From NCBI RefSeq assembly GCF_001194135.2, contig NC_068986.1:40095796-40137041 (forward strand): 41,246 bases of DNA, in the 5' to 3' direction. A model generated the notes under the pieces. That model was not told the DNA's origin. It was given only the letters and a program-made list of their open reading frames with translations, and did not search any database. The translations under genes and the position numbers were made by a program. The stretch is from Octopus bimaculoides (taxonomy: Eukaryota). The stretch's first letter is position 1, and every line of letters starts with the position of its first letter. Below, piece by piece: positions 8,783 to 21,193 of this stretch.

Positions 8783-11700
8783 TATTGCCAGTAATGATAA
8801 ATGAAAAAGAGTTGTTGGTAATAGTTCTTCGGTGGAAAATGGACAATTAGCGGCGTGGTTACGGGAAGGTGCTTCATCAGTGAAAAGATCTCAAAAAATG
8901 ATTTGTTGCTTTATCATAAAAGCTCAACTCCGTCAACTTAACTGTTTCACTGGAAATGTCGGATATCGTGACAATAGTATCTTCTACTCAATCGATTTTT
9001 TTTTCCGAACAAAAAGCAAACTTGTCAGTACATTAAAATAGTTTAGCTTACTCTGCTAGCAGATTGCTTTTGATATGATCTATTAATAGAGAATGCTAAA
9101 AAATGTTAACAGAAGGGAAAGGCCAGGAGAAATTTACCAAAAAGGCAGAGGAGCATTGAAAGTTGGCGTCTTAAAAGACAAAAAAAAAAAAAAGAGAGGC
9201 AGTTATGATCAGAACATCTTCCTAACGAATTTCTGGAAGTTTACGTGTCTTTAGGGCTAATAGTACTGACTACTTAATTGTCTGATGTGTTCTCTCATAT
9301 TGCCCATTTCCTGTTAGGAGTGGTTCTGCAGTGCACAAATCCTTGTTTTAGATAACACTGTTTGACATTTTTTTTTTGTCAGTAAGTGTCATTTCCTATT
9401 TGCTTCTATCTAGGAATCAAACGAAATGACTACTATTCCCTTCACACTTTGCTTTTGTGACCTGGACATCAATGTTTTGAAACTGACCTATTCTCCATTA
9501 CATTTCAGACAGATACAACACCGAGTTGCTGAAGCAGAAATACCGTTATAGCATAGACAGTAATCCCTTGTAAATGGTGAAGACGTCGGCGCTGTCCTTA
9601 ATTTATAATTATGTTGAAAGGTGATAGAGAGAGACTAAAGTCTTTATGACAACTATCAAACTTTTACACCCTTGACTATCGTGAGTCTTACGTTCCAACC
9701 ACCACCACCCACCCCCGTGATAGGTGAAAATCCGCAAAGTACAAACAGTACTGTACTGTATTTTTTTTTTTTATAATTTGTATATATTTATTTCATTATA
9801 AATGCAAAACACCACGGAGGAAGAGATGTAAGCTTAAATGATAAACCGCGATATGGCGAAGGATTACTGTATTCTGGTCAATATCACAGATTTGCTTATC
9901 AGTTGCTTGACCTTAACCACTTGAACATGTCCCTTAGTGGTTGACAATATGCGCATCTTTGATTATGAGCAGGAATAGTGGGTGGGGAGAGGGGTTCTTT
10001 GGGGTTTGAGTACATGAAACAAAAGCAAAGTTTAAAGGAAATATTAACCATTGTAGGGGTAAGCAAATAGGAAATAACAGTTTCTACCCAAGATAAAAAT
10101 CCTGTTACACGGTGTAATTTCTCATTTCCACTGAGCCCCTCTATCACTGTGAATAACTATGAGAGAGAAAATATCCCTTTGAGTCATAAAACAAGTGGTG
10201 ATATCTACACCAAAAGGCAACATGAACATTCACATCTGTAGCTAGAAGGTATTTGTTTCGAGATAGCCAGTCTTATTTCCCACGAAATCCAATGAGATCA
10301 GTTCCATAATCTTAATAGTTTTTCCGAGATGTTGAAACATCGGATTGTAAAATTTAGGGCTTAATTTCTCATATATTCGGTAGTTATAACATTTGACAAA
10401 CGTCTTTAGTTGAAAAAGAAGGGTAGTTTTCTTTCTTTCTTTTACACAATGCAAAAGTAACAGGTTTATCACACAAGATCAACATCATTCATCGTGTGAA
10501 GACGTTGAAAAACACAATTGTAATCTGATTGAACAGAACAGCAGAACATTTCACATTGATAAAAATAAAAATATTAAAACTACAAGTTCGATCCATTCTT
10601 TATCTTTGCACGTAACTTTTGGAGAGAAAGTATTGTGTTAAGTCTTTCAGGATGTGAAGTTTATTAAATAAACTATTGTTAGAGGTATCGATAAGTGTTG
10701 TATGCTAAAAACTTTTTTTTTTCAGCTACTAATGAAGCAGCTCAACTTCCGTCCTTAGATAAGGAAAAGAATTCGCCCACAACGTAAAGCATTAATTGTT
10801 TTAAAGAACTCGATATCTAAACAGGTTCTGTCAATATTAAATTTAACCAACAACTATGTTTGTCTTAAAGTTAGGATAATAATTTTGCAAACAACTAAGA
10901 AATGCAGTATCAATGACTGTATCTAGCATCTCTGAACTTACTCATTAAGATGCGAAGTAGGAAGTTTGATTAAATTTAAAAGTTATATTCAGTGGCAGCT
11001 TTCGTGTTTCGGTATTTAAAACATTAAAACTACCTGGTTAATTAATGCATTATAGCATTTTAATTAATGTTGTTTAGTGTGGTTGCGTGTATACTTATAA
11101 GTTGTAAAATTAGTTGTTATTTTGCTCGGTACAGATGCACTACTATACGTTCTGATGCACTTAAAGTTTGCCCTTGGTGCTCAAAAGGTTCCCCACCTCA
11201 GCGTCTACGTAGTCGATAAAAGAAATACAAATCAAGCACTGGGGTCATCGTATCTGTATAGACTTCGTCCTTAAATTTTCAGGCATTGTGCCTACAGTAG
11301 AAAGTACTATTGTTATTGTCACTTTTATGTAAATTCTATCATATGACGATTGCTACAAAGGAGGTTTGGATATAAAAATTCTTAAGTCTATAACTGTCAA
11401 GCTACAGTTACAGAAAACCTGGATGGAATTAAGATAATTTATTGCCATAGAAGTTACACAAACGAATCCAAAGGCCCAGTCTTTCAATAATAAATAATAC
11501 GCCGATTATAAGCATGAAAGTCGCAATATCAGTTTCTCCTTGATCATTCGCTGATGAATACCTCCGACCACAAAAGGTCAGCCTGTTGGACAATTTATCA
11601 CTCTGGTGTGAGAGATATATATTTATTCCCCCGTTTATATATATATTTTTTGGCAGTTTATATTTTAGCCACTGATATAGAAGTCTACCAAATGCAAGTT

Positions 11701-12299
11701 AATCTCTAAATCATGAGATCGGGACGGGGATGCTTTGTATATTCGACAAGTTTATCTAGATTGTTGTAGAGCCAACAACAGAATAATGTAAATTTGTTGT
11801 TTAAAATTGTAAATAAAACGACTAGTGAGTGATGTTTTTACTTAATAGTCTTTTAATGGCTACTCATACACTGCAGTAGAAAAACAAAATTGGCAAGCTA
11901 AACATTACGACACGGTCAGTTAACTTTTGAGTGCGCTTGAGGTGTGAAAGCATTTCGCAATCAGTTTTCACAGATTGAATACTATTGGCAGAAAATCGAT
12001 CGCAAGATGTTTTAAAATGTTCGTTTGATCGACACAAATCGATTACTGTATAGTTTCTGTAAATGTAGTTGAGACCAAGAGAGAAAAAGGTATGGGCTGA
12101 TGAATAAAAAGGAATGTTTAGCTTAAAATACTTGCTAACATAAAATAAAGAAACAATGATGATGATGATGACGATGTCGATGAGTATGACGATAACGACA
12201 ACGATGATTTTAAACATTTTATTTTACGGAGAAAACAAATGAGAACAATGAAGCATGACACAAAATCACACCTGTATCCTGTCAAGGTAGTTGATAGCT

Positions 12300-12335
12300 G
12301 CGAAACTTGACTGTCACTTCCGCTTCACGTCATGT
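12300..12335. promoter_or_regulatory. Candidate promoter: ETS and CRE-like motifs
   Basis: CACTTCCG (12315-12322) next to TCACGTCA (12325-12332) in a locally CpG-rich non-repeat block. Confidence 0.3.
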
Positions 12336-12939
12336 CGAAGAAAAATACTTGAAGCAAATTGATCAGAAGATTACGTGTTCGTTTACGATAATAGGTCTAT
12401 CTTGCGATACACCAACTCATTGTTTAAACACTTCGGATTGAATTGACTCGCGGGTCGATTATCATTCTAAGTAGGTTGCATACTGTGCAAGCCAATTGTA
12501 TAATACTGTGGTTATTTATTTTATTTCCCTGGGAGGACCGGTAGTGGTTGCGATAAATTCACAACGTTTGGAATTTCACAACCCTATATCGATTCAAGAC
12601 TGAAATAGTTTCATTTCTTTTGCACAAAAGCAAGACATAGAGGTTGAAATTATAGAACTTCCAAATGCTGAATGCAGAAATAGAATGTATTGTTTTTATT
12701 TTTGTTTTAGCCATGAGTCAGCCCTGATCTAGCAGGCCCACCATTAAAAGTATTCCTGCCGTGAATATCCTTTTCTCTTCCTTCAAACAGTGTGTACCTA
12801 AGACTGTACTCACTGATACACAGGTCAAGCAAAGGATTAATGAGGAGACAAGATACAGTTTGTATCCATATGATTCTTCTTTCTTCAAACATGGTGTTGG
12901 ACAAGTTTAAAAAGTTTGGAATTATTTTAATACTCCTGA

Positions 12940-13090
12940 ACCAACCCCAGAACTTAATTTTTTTAAGCATGGTACTTATTCTGTTGATCTCTTTTGCCAA
13001 ACTGCTAGGTTACAGGGACATAAACACACCGTTGTCAAGCAGTGGTGGAGGGGGGGGGATAAACACAGACACAAAGATATATATACATGC
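12940..13090 (-). mobile_element. SINE 3' half
   Basis: Reverse complement of gtgtttgtccc..gcttgacaac..gtgtttatgtccc.gtaac.tagcagtttggcaaaagag, the same module as 16240, 18615 and 23025. Confidence 0.65.
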
Positions 13091-13122
13091 AGACACACAC
13101 ACACACACATATATATATACAT

Positions 13123-13154
<32 letters not shown>

Positions 13155-13156
<2 letters not shown>

Positions 13157-13280
13157 GGGACTTTGCACCGCCCACAGATTTGGTCTGTGGCACTCAGCAA
13201 GCTGTCCAGCAGGAGTTCCCAGTTGCGGTCTATGTCACAAATTTGTAGAAAAGAAGGTTTCAGCAATCATTTGGTAACAG
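13155..13280 (-). pseudogene. RTE-type LINE internal fragment (endonuclease-RT linker)
   Basis: Minus strand reads DIDRNWELLLDSLLSATDQICGRCKVP, resembling the RTE W..LK..LL.A...VCG linker motif. Confidence 0.55.
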
Positions 13281-13914
13281 ACATGTCACATCAGTTGGTC
13301 TTGCTTTAACCCACCATCATTCAAACATATTAAAATTGTTGTCCCTATTGGTGGTGAGTAGCGTTGTAAATATAAGCGTTACTGCTGCAAATATAAATAG
13401 GTCAATGTATAGATTATATAAATGATCTGCTATTGGTTAGTCCATTATATATAGAGGTATGTGGTTTGTTAATTTGCTAATAATTTACTAAATAACATAT
13501 CACCTTTTGGTACATGCAGTAGTAGTGTGGGCAATTGTTGGTACCAGAGAAGGAAGGAGTGAGGGAAGGACGGAGGTATGCAAGTAGCGAAGTAAGGCAG
13601 AGCCTGTAGGGGTTTCCGGTGCAGGTGGTGGGAGCAGGGATAGGTGGGCACATCGCAGACAAGTAATGGCCAGTTTAAAACAAGAGTGCCTATGAATGGG
13701 AGAAACATGGCAACAATGAGAGACATAAGTAAAACAAGAGTGCTTATGAATTTTAGAGAACAGGGATGAGAACATTATGAAATGGGGAGAGAAACTAAGG
13801 TTTTAGAGAATTACAATTTGAAAGTTATTTGAAGAATTAATCTAAATAATTACAGGTTACAAAAGTACATGTTAGTAATATGGGTTAGATGAATGAATGA
13901 AGCAATTAAAAGTG

Positions 13915-15711
13915 AGAGAAAAGCTTTTGACAGGGTCCCCTGATCCATTATCTGGTGGTCAATGTGGAAACTAGGGATAAACGAGTGGTTGGTGAGAATT
14001 GTACAAGCCATGTACACGGATGCTACCAGTAAGATGAGGGTTGGCAATGAGTACAGTGAAGAATTTAGGGTACAAGTAGGGATTCACCAAGGATCGGTCC
14101 TCAGCCTCCTCTTGTTCATCATAGTCCTCCAAGCAATAACAAAGGAATTTAAGACAGGCTGCTCCTGGGAGATCTTCTATACTGATGAGCTTGTTCTTAT
14201 AACTGAATCACTACCAACACTAGAGAAGAAGTTCCAGGTATGGAAGTAAGGTCTAGAATTGAAAGGCCTTAGAGATAACCTAGCAAAAACTGAAATCTTA
14301 GTAAATAGGATGGCAGACAAATCACAAGTCCCTTCAGGTAGATGGCCCTGCGTGATCTGTAGAAAAGGTGTAGGTAGTAACTCTGTAAGATGCACCCGGT
14401 GCAAGCTTTGGACACATAAAAGGTGCAGTAATATCAGATCAAGGTTAACAGGGAAAATAGCTTTTGTATGTGGAAGATACACAGGTACAATAAACATCAA
14501 AAATATACAGAAAATAGACTCCGTCAACTGCCATAAGGGTAAGCTAGAGGTAGTAGATAGGTTCTGTTATTTAGGTGACCAAGTTAGTAGTGGAGGTGGA
14601 TGAACCAAGATCATATCTGTCAGAATAAGGTTAGACTGGGCAAGGTTTAGAGAGCTCCTGCCTCTGCTAGCCACAAAGGGCCTCTCTCAGAGTGAAAGGC
14701 AGATTGTATGATGCCTGTGTGTGAACAGCTATGCTACATGGCAGTGAAACATGGGCTGTGACTGCTGAGGACATGCATGAGCTTGAAGGAAATGAAGTCA
14801 GTATGTTTCACTGGATGTACAATATCAGTGTGTATGTTCGACAGAGTGTAAGCATCTTGAGAGAAAAGTTAGGCATAAGAGGCATCAAATGTGGTGTGCA
14901 AGAGAGACAAATGCATTGGTATGGTCATGTGATGCATATGGACAAGGACAGCTATATAAAGAAGTGCTGATCCCTAACTGTGGAGGGAACCTGTGATGAA
15001 GGTAGACCCAGGAAGACATGGGAAGAGGTGGTGAAGCATGATCTTCGAACTTTGGGCCTTGCAGAGGCAATGACTAGTGACTGAGACTTAGCGATATGCT
15101 GTGCTTGAGAAGACCCGTCAAGCCAAGTGAAATCACAGTCATGGCTGACGCTGGTGGCACATAACTGGCACCCATGCAGGTGGCATGTAAAAAGCACCTT
15201 TTGAACATTGGTGGTTGAGCTCCTTTCAAATGTTGGGCCTCACAGAGGCAATGACCTTTGGCATTATGTTATGCTTGAGAAGAAGACCCATCAAGCCAAG
15301 TAAAATCGCAGTTGTGACAGATACCAGTGTCACACAAATGGCACCTGTGCCAGTAGCATGTAAACACACATTTCAAGCATTGGGCCTCATGGAGGCAAGG
15401 ACCAAAACCATTTGGCATTATGCTGGGTTTCATGTGTTGGGCATTATGTTGTGCTTGAGGAGAAGACCCATCAAGCCAAGTAAAACCACAATCATGGCAG
15501 ATACCGGTGTCATACAAATGGCACCCATGCCGGTGTCACGTAAAAGCACCCATTACACTCTCGGAGTGGTTGGTGTTAGGAAGGGCATCCAACCATAGAA
15601 ACCATGCCAAAATGAACTGGAGTCTAGTGCAGCCTACCAGCTTTCCAGCCCTGGTCAAACCATCCAACCCATGCCAGCATAGACAACAGACATTAAATGA
15701 TGATGATGATG
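13915..15711 (+). mobile_element. 5'-truncated, degenerate RTE-clade LINE (RT C-half, Cys-rich insert, 3' UTR, (ATG)n tail)
   Basis: EKAFDRVP, MWKLGINEWLVRIVQAMY, GIHQGSVLS.LLFIIVL, YTDEL (YADD site), CVICRKGVGSNSVRCTRCKLWTHKRCS, FCYLGD, MLHGSETW, L.WYGHVM and GRPRKTW, with stops and frameshifts; tail (gat)n at about 15700. Confidence 0.92.
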
Positions 15712-15716
15712 ACTAT

Positions 15717-15868
15717 GGGCTTCTTTCAGTTTCTGTCTACCAAATCCACTTACAAGGTCTTGGTTGGCCCGGGGCTATAGTAGAAGACACTTGCCCAAGG
15801 TGCCATGCAGTGGGACTGAACCTGGAACCATGTGATTGGGAAGCAAGCTTCTTACCACACAGCCATGT
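15717..15868 (-). mobile_element. tRNA-derived SINE 5' part
   Basis: Same family as 772-909, ending at the N gap. Confidence 0.75.
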
Positions 15869-16202
15869 ATNNNNNNNNNNNNNNNNNNNNNNNNNNNNNN
15901 NNNNNNNNNNNNNNNNNNNNNNNNNNNNNNNNNNNNNNNNNNNNNNNNNNNNNNNNNNNNNNNNNNNNNNNNNNNNNNNNNNNNNNNNNNNNNNNNNNNN
16001 NNNNNNNNNNNNNNNNNNNNNNNNNNNNNNNNNNNNNNNNNNNNNNNNNNNNNNNNNNNNNNNNNNNNNNNNNNNNNNNNNNNNNNNNNNNNNNNNNNNN
16101 NNNNNNNNNNNNNNNNNNNNNNNNNNNNNNNNNNNNNNNNNNNNNNNNNNNNNNNNNNNNNNNNNNNNNNNNNNNNNNNNNNNNNNNNNNNNNNNNNNNN
16201 NN

Positions 16203-16452
16203 CATTTATATGTGTGTATGTGTGTGTGTGTGTGTATATATATTTGTGTTTGTCTCCCATTATTACTTGACAACCAGTATTGGTTTGTTTACATCCTTGT
16301 AACTTAGTGTTCAGCAAAAGAGACTGATAGAATGAGTAGTACCAGGCTTTAAAAAACAAAAAGTACTGGGCTCAATTTGTTTGACTAAACTCTTCTAAGC
16401 GATACTCTAGCATGACCACAGTCCAATGACTGAAACGAGTAAAGGATAAAAG
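16203..16452 (+). mobile_element. SINE 3' half with (TG)n spacer
   Basis: cttgacaacc...cagcaaaagagactgatagaat...agcatgaccacagtccaatgactgaaacgagtaaaag tail. Confidence 0.65.
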
Positions 16453-17137
16453 AAAACAGTTCATTATTTGTCCCCTATAAATCCTCTCCATGAGAAACAC
16501 TGACTTAATGCATCGTAATTAATCAGTTTTCTCTATTGAGCATGTCCTGCAACAGATGGGTTAAACGTGATCGAAACAGCATGAGGAGGATACAAGGGGA
16601 GAGAGTGAGGGAAGTATTGCTTACGAGATGAGGTTATGTACTTGTTGATACTGAAAGAAGATATTTCTCATAACTTGCCAAAGTACTAGTAATTGAATCT
16701 TTTTAGAAAAAAAAAAAGAAACCCCCAAAAAACAGCTGTATGATTGGAGTTGAAGGGCAGGAGTGGTGGGGGAATGCAGGAGAGATATTTGCCCTGGGAC
16801 TTCTTCTGCATGAAAGCCAAGTAGTGAAGTGAAGTCTGTGCTAACTTAACTTAGTGAGGTGTAAAAAAAATGACAAAAACAAAATGCCATTAGTTGACTC
16901 GGACTTAGAAAGACAAAGGGGACAACTGTAAATTTAGATTAATTAGAAAGTGAATGTGGGTATGGATGAAAATGAGTCCAATACTTGTTTCTTTGAGGAT
17001 GCTTAATAAGGACTGAAATATGTCTGTAATAACCCTGTACTTGCTACAAATTAGACTTGGTCGCCATTGCATTCTAGCTTTAAATTTTTAATTAATTTAA
17101 ATTTCGATGTTGTCTCTTTTGACCAGAATTAATCATA

Positions 17138-17283
17138 GGCATAGACATGGTTACATAGAAGAAGCTTGCTTTCTGATCACATGGTTCTACGTTCAGTCCC
17201 TGGGCAAGTGTCTTCTACTATAGCCTCGGGCTGACCAAAGCCTTGTAAGTAGATTTGGTAGATGGAAACTGAAAGAAGTCCCT
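17138..17283 (+). mobile_element. tRNA-derived SINE 5' part followed by (TA)n
   Basis: gggcaagtgtcttctactatagcctcgggctgaccaaagccttgtaagtagatttggtagatggaaactgaaagaag. Confidence 0.75.
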
Positions 17284-17677
17284 CATATATATATATATAT
17301 ATANNNNNNNNNNNNNNNNNNNNNNNNNNNNNNNNNNNNNNNNNNNNNNNNNNNNNNNNNNNNNNNNNNNNNNNNNNNNNNNNNNNNNNNNNNNNNNNNN
17401 NNNNNNNNNNNNNNNNNNNNNNNNNNNNNNNNNNNNNNNNNNNNNNNNNNNNNNNNNNNNNNNNNNNNNNNNNNNNNNNNNNNNNNNNNNNNNNNNNNNN
17501 NNNNNNNNNNNNNNNNNNNNNNNNNNNNNNNNNNNNNNNNNNNNNNNNNNNNNNNNNNNNNNNNNNNNNNNNNNNNNNNNNNNNNNNNNNNNNNNNNNNN
17601 NNNNNNNNNNNNNNNNNNNNNNNNNNNNNNNNNNNNNNNNNNNNNNNNNNNNNNNNNNNNNNNNNNNNNNNNNNNNN

Positions 17678-18564
17678 CAGGGTGTGGTGAATATATTGTC
17701 TCTAAATGATGCAAAAATGAATATAACACTAACATCTCATTTTAACAGATATATTTACCAAAATTACATATAAATATTTTGGAATACTAAAGAGTAAATT
17801 TATTTAATAAAATCGACATTGGCATCAACCACAGCCTCCAGACAACTTTGGAATCTCTTGCAACTCTTCTGGATGGTCTCCTTGTTTAAGTTGGTGAATG
17901 TTGCTATAATCTTTGCCTTCAGTTTATCTTTAGTGATACATGGAGTTTTATTGGTCTCTTGCTCAACTGTGCCCCACACATAATAATCAAGGTGGTTGCA
18001 GCCTGGGGAATTAGGTGGCCAGATGTTAGGGGTGATGTAGTTGCAGAAATTGTCTGACAGCCATGACTGGGTTCTCCTGCTTGTGTGGCATAGTGCAGAG
18101 TCTGTTACCTGACATAGTGTCTTCCAGCAGCCACCCTCTTGACCCAGAACAGCACTGCCTCCTCCAGGCTCTTGATGTAGGCCTCTGTATTGAGTCTGAG
18201 GCCGTGTGGGAAGATGAATGGAAGCATAATGTCATCATCGCTAGTGATCACTCCAAATACCATGATGTTGACTAGTTATTTGATTTTTATCACTCTTGGT
18301 ACATGTTTTGGAGACATGGCAAACCAACAGTTGTTCTGTGTGTTCAACATCTGTTCGTATTGGAGCTTCCAGTGTGAATGTCAAGCAGTACAGCATGTTG
18401 TTTCCAAATTTCTGACAGAGTGAATTGTATCATGGTGCTGTTTCTCTCACAGACAGTGCCCAGCTAACCCTACTATACAGTGTAGTTGACAAAATCAAAA
18501 ACAAACAATGCACATGCGCAAAATTAAAAATATAAAATGGCAACAATTTACCCATCGTACCCTG
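17678..18564 (-). mobile_element. Internally deleted Tc1/mariner-superfamily element, maT-type (DD37D) transposase relic
   Basis: Minus strand reads NIMVFGVITSDDDIMLPFIFPHGLRLNTEAYIKSLEE...DSALCHTSRRTQSWLSDNFCNYITPNIWPPNSPGCNHLDYYVWG. There are 37 residues between the last two catalytic Asp. Ends CAGGGT.. on both sides with TA at 18565-18566; N-terminal HTH absent. Confidence 0.85.
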
Positions 18565-18599
18565 TATGTGTGCGTGTGTGTGTGTGTGTGCGTGCATGT

Positions 18600-18815
18600 G
18601 TGTGTGTGTCTTCATGTTTGTGTTTGTCCCACTTCCACCACTTGACAACCAGTGTTGGTGTGTTTGGGTTCCTGTAACTTAACAATTTGGCAGGGGACAC
18701 CGATGGAGTGGGTGCCAGGATTAAGAGGTTGGGTACTGGGGTCGATTCATTCATTCGAGTAAAAATTCAAGGTGGTGCTCCAGCATGGCTGCAGTCTAAT
18801 GACTGAAATAAATAA
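18600..18815 (+). mobile_element. SINE 3' half
   Basis: cttgacaaccagtgttggtgtgttt...ggggtcgatt...ggtggtgctccagcatggctgcagtctaatgactgaaa tail. Confidence 0.7.
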
Positions 18816-18914
18816 ATGGTTATTCCCTTCCCCTATCCTACCCCAGTTCCACCTCATTGCAGGTATGGTTTAAATTAAATTTTTGTTTTTTGGTTCACTG
18901 CATGAAATATTCAC

Positions 18915-19250
18915 CTCAAGGTCCAGGCTTTATTGTAGCGTGGTGGTTTATGTACCACAATGTCCCTGATAGCCTATGCCAGTGGAGTACAAGTACCTCA
19001 TAGGGGCCCTCTAATGTTGAGCAGGTTAAAGGAGAGAGGCCACACTAATATGGTTCACTTGTTCTCAAAGGTGAAAATGGGTGTGCTTAGGGCCAACACC
19101 CCTACCTGGAAAAAAAACAAGCAAAGTTACAGAAGAATTGATGACAGTTCAAAACCAATAAGACCTGAGAGAGGAAGGCCTTCCCTCAGGGGGTGCCCTC
19201 ACTCTCATACTGAAGGAGTGGCTCTGAAGATAACCTTGAGTTGAGAACAT
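18915..19250 (+). mobile_element. Possible LINE 5' UTR relic
   Basis: gggccaacacccctacctggaaaaaaa resembles the gggct..aacc.tacc..gtaaaa motif recalled from RTE 5' UTRs; no ORF support. Confidence 0.25.
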
Positions 19251-19544
19251 TGGAGAAAAGTCATTTATAGCCTATGCTCCATTAGGAGCAAAGTGCTTAA
19301 CCCTTTTGCATTCAGATTATTCTCATGATCTCGTTGTCTGCTAGAAGATGATAGGGGTTCACTCCCCTGCTTGCAATATAAATAGAGTGAAGATTGCACT
19401 TGTAACCAGCTGGCAGGGTATCTCCCAGAGGTTAAAATAGTAGTAATATCAAGCAGCCATATTGATGTGGTGATAAACATTACTTCTCAGTGTAGTTACT
19501 ACTTTCATCTCTTACTGAGATTTTCTAACTAGCTACTTTGCTTA

Positions 19545-19805
19545 TGTGTGTGTGTGTGTGTTTCTGCCTCCTTCTGACATCACATGATGGTTGTAAACAA
19601 ACGTCTCTGTCATGCAAGCTGTGTCTTTCATTTCCAGTCTTCTGTGAAAACATGTTTGGTTAAGGAGAAATATTAACCTACTTAGAAACAGGTAAGGATC
19701 AGTTACAGGAAGGGCATGTGGCCATAGAAAACCTGCCTCAACAAATTCTGTCTCACCCATGCCAGGAAGGCATGGAAAAGTTTGTGCCAAAATGATGATG
19801 ATGAC
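19545..19805 (+). mobile_element. Short retroposon with RTE-like 3' end
   Basis: ggaagggcat...cccatgcc..gcatggaaaag...aatgatgatgatg tail; reverse-orientation relatives at about 28810-29050 and 35080-35390. Confidence 0.6.
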
Positions 19806-19900
19806 CGATGATATATACAAAAGCTTAAGAATAATTAATTTCATAATTATGAAGGAATATCACAGGCCATGGTCAACTTAAAAGTAACTTAAGAAAAATG

Positions 19901-20440
19901 GACACTCTGTCAGTTACGATGATGAATATTCCAGTTGATCTGATCAACAGAACAGACTGCTTGTAAAATTAATGTGCAAGTGGCTGAGTGCTCCACAAAC
20001 ATGCATACTCTTAACCCTTATGATACCAAGCCACTTGAAGCTGCCTCTGGCTCTGTACTACAAATGTCTTGTTTTCAAAAGTTCTGAATTAAAATCTTTC
20101 ACCAAACCTTAGTCACAATTTATGTTCCTAACACTAGCTTAATGATAACTGAGTTGTTTTACTAAATTCTTTTTTATATTTAAAATTAATTGAAAGAAGC
20201 ACAGAGTGTCTCAAAAGAAATATGGTAACAAAAGGGTTAATGTAGTTCTCAGGGAGATTCATCATGACTCAGAATAGGACAAAACCCTTCAAAATACAAG
20301 TAGAACTCATTTTTGTCTCACCCATGCCAGGAATGTGAAATAAAGTGTCTTGCTCAAGGACACAACATGTTGCCAGGAATTGAACTCACAACCTTACGAT
20401 CTTGAACTGAATACCCTAATCACTAAGCCACATGCCTTCA
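19901..20440 (-). mobile_element. tRNA-derived SINE (CORE-like family) interrupted by a MITE
   Basis: Homologous to 20867-21193 in reverse; split at its internal TTAA by 20015-20236. Confidence 0.8.
20015..20236. mobile_element. piggyBac-type MITE with TTAA target duplication
   Basis: TTAA (20011-14) CCCTTATGATACCAA...ATGGTAACAAAAGGG TTAA (20237-40); the host SINE resumes exactly after the second TTAA. Confidence 0.85.
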
Positions 20441-20866
20441 TTACGGTCAGTTTACAAGCTATCTATAAACACAAACGTTAGCTTGATGGTTATGACCATT
20501 AAAAGTTCTCACTGTCTACACATTGTTCCCTATTTTTTTTTTGTTTGTTTATAAATATTGCAGAGTGATTTATCTCTCTAATTTCAGGCTGTCTAATATC
20601 ACATGATCACATGACAATATAGTTTAACATGACACTATATTTATTCCAAATGTTTATGAGAAATTTGTAATTCTTACTAAGTATTTCAGTTTCTTTTTTT
20701 AACTCAATTAAAACAAAAATAACATCATTGTGAGTTTGCAATAGATTATCAACTTGTTCAGTAGTTGGAGTCTTAAGTTTCTATGGTTCTATGGTGTTTC
20801 TATATTGTGTTCATAACAAAGACACTCAGCAACTTTTGTCATTTCAGTCAACCTACAACAGTCAAA

Positions 20867-21193
20867 GTGAAGACACTTGGCTTCATGGTTAAGGTATTGG
20901 GCTCATGATCATGAGGTCATGATTTCAATCCCTGGTGGTACATTGTGTCCTTAAGCAAAACACTTTATTTCACATTGCTCCAGTCCACTCAGCTGGCAAA
21001 AATGAGTAGTACCTGTATTTCAAAGGGCCAACCTTGTCACGCTATGTGTCACGCTGAGTCTCCCTGAGAACTGCATTAAAGGTACACATGTCTGTGGAGT
21101 TCTCAGCCACTTGCACGTTAATTTCATGAGCAGGCAGTTCCATTGATCAGATCAACTGGAACCCTCATCGTCGTAACCGACGGAGTGCCAGTT
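20867..21193 (+). mobile_element. tRNA-derived SINE (CORE-like family)
   Basis: tRNA-like head (ggcttcatggttaagg...gatttcaatccc), tgtgtccttaagcaaaacactttatttcacattgctccag core, 3' body ending gtaaccgacggagtgccagtt; copies at 24433, 33572 and 39660. Confidence 0.8.

Noticed and set aside
10414-10787. Plus-strand open stretch (FITQDQHHSSCEDVEKHNC...) and candidate terminal exon ATNEAAQLPSLDKEKNSPTT-stop
   Set aside because: Neighbouring frames contain many stops, no consistent splice chain could be built, and no family is recognised.
13330-13860. Purine-rich block resembling the PLE 3' region at 37.7-38.5 kb
   Set aside because: Similarity is compositional only; no endonuclease motif or hammerhead core found.
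15507-17735. ORFs spanning the gaps at 15871-16201 and 17304-17677
   Set aside because: Artefacts of N runs and microsatellites.
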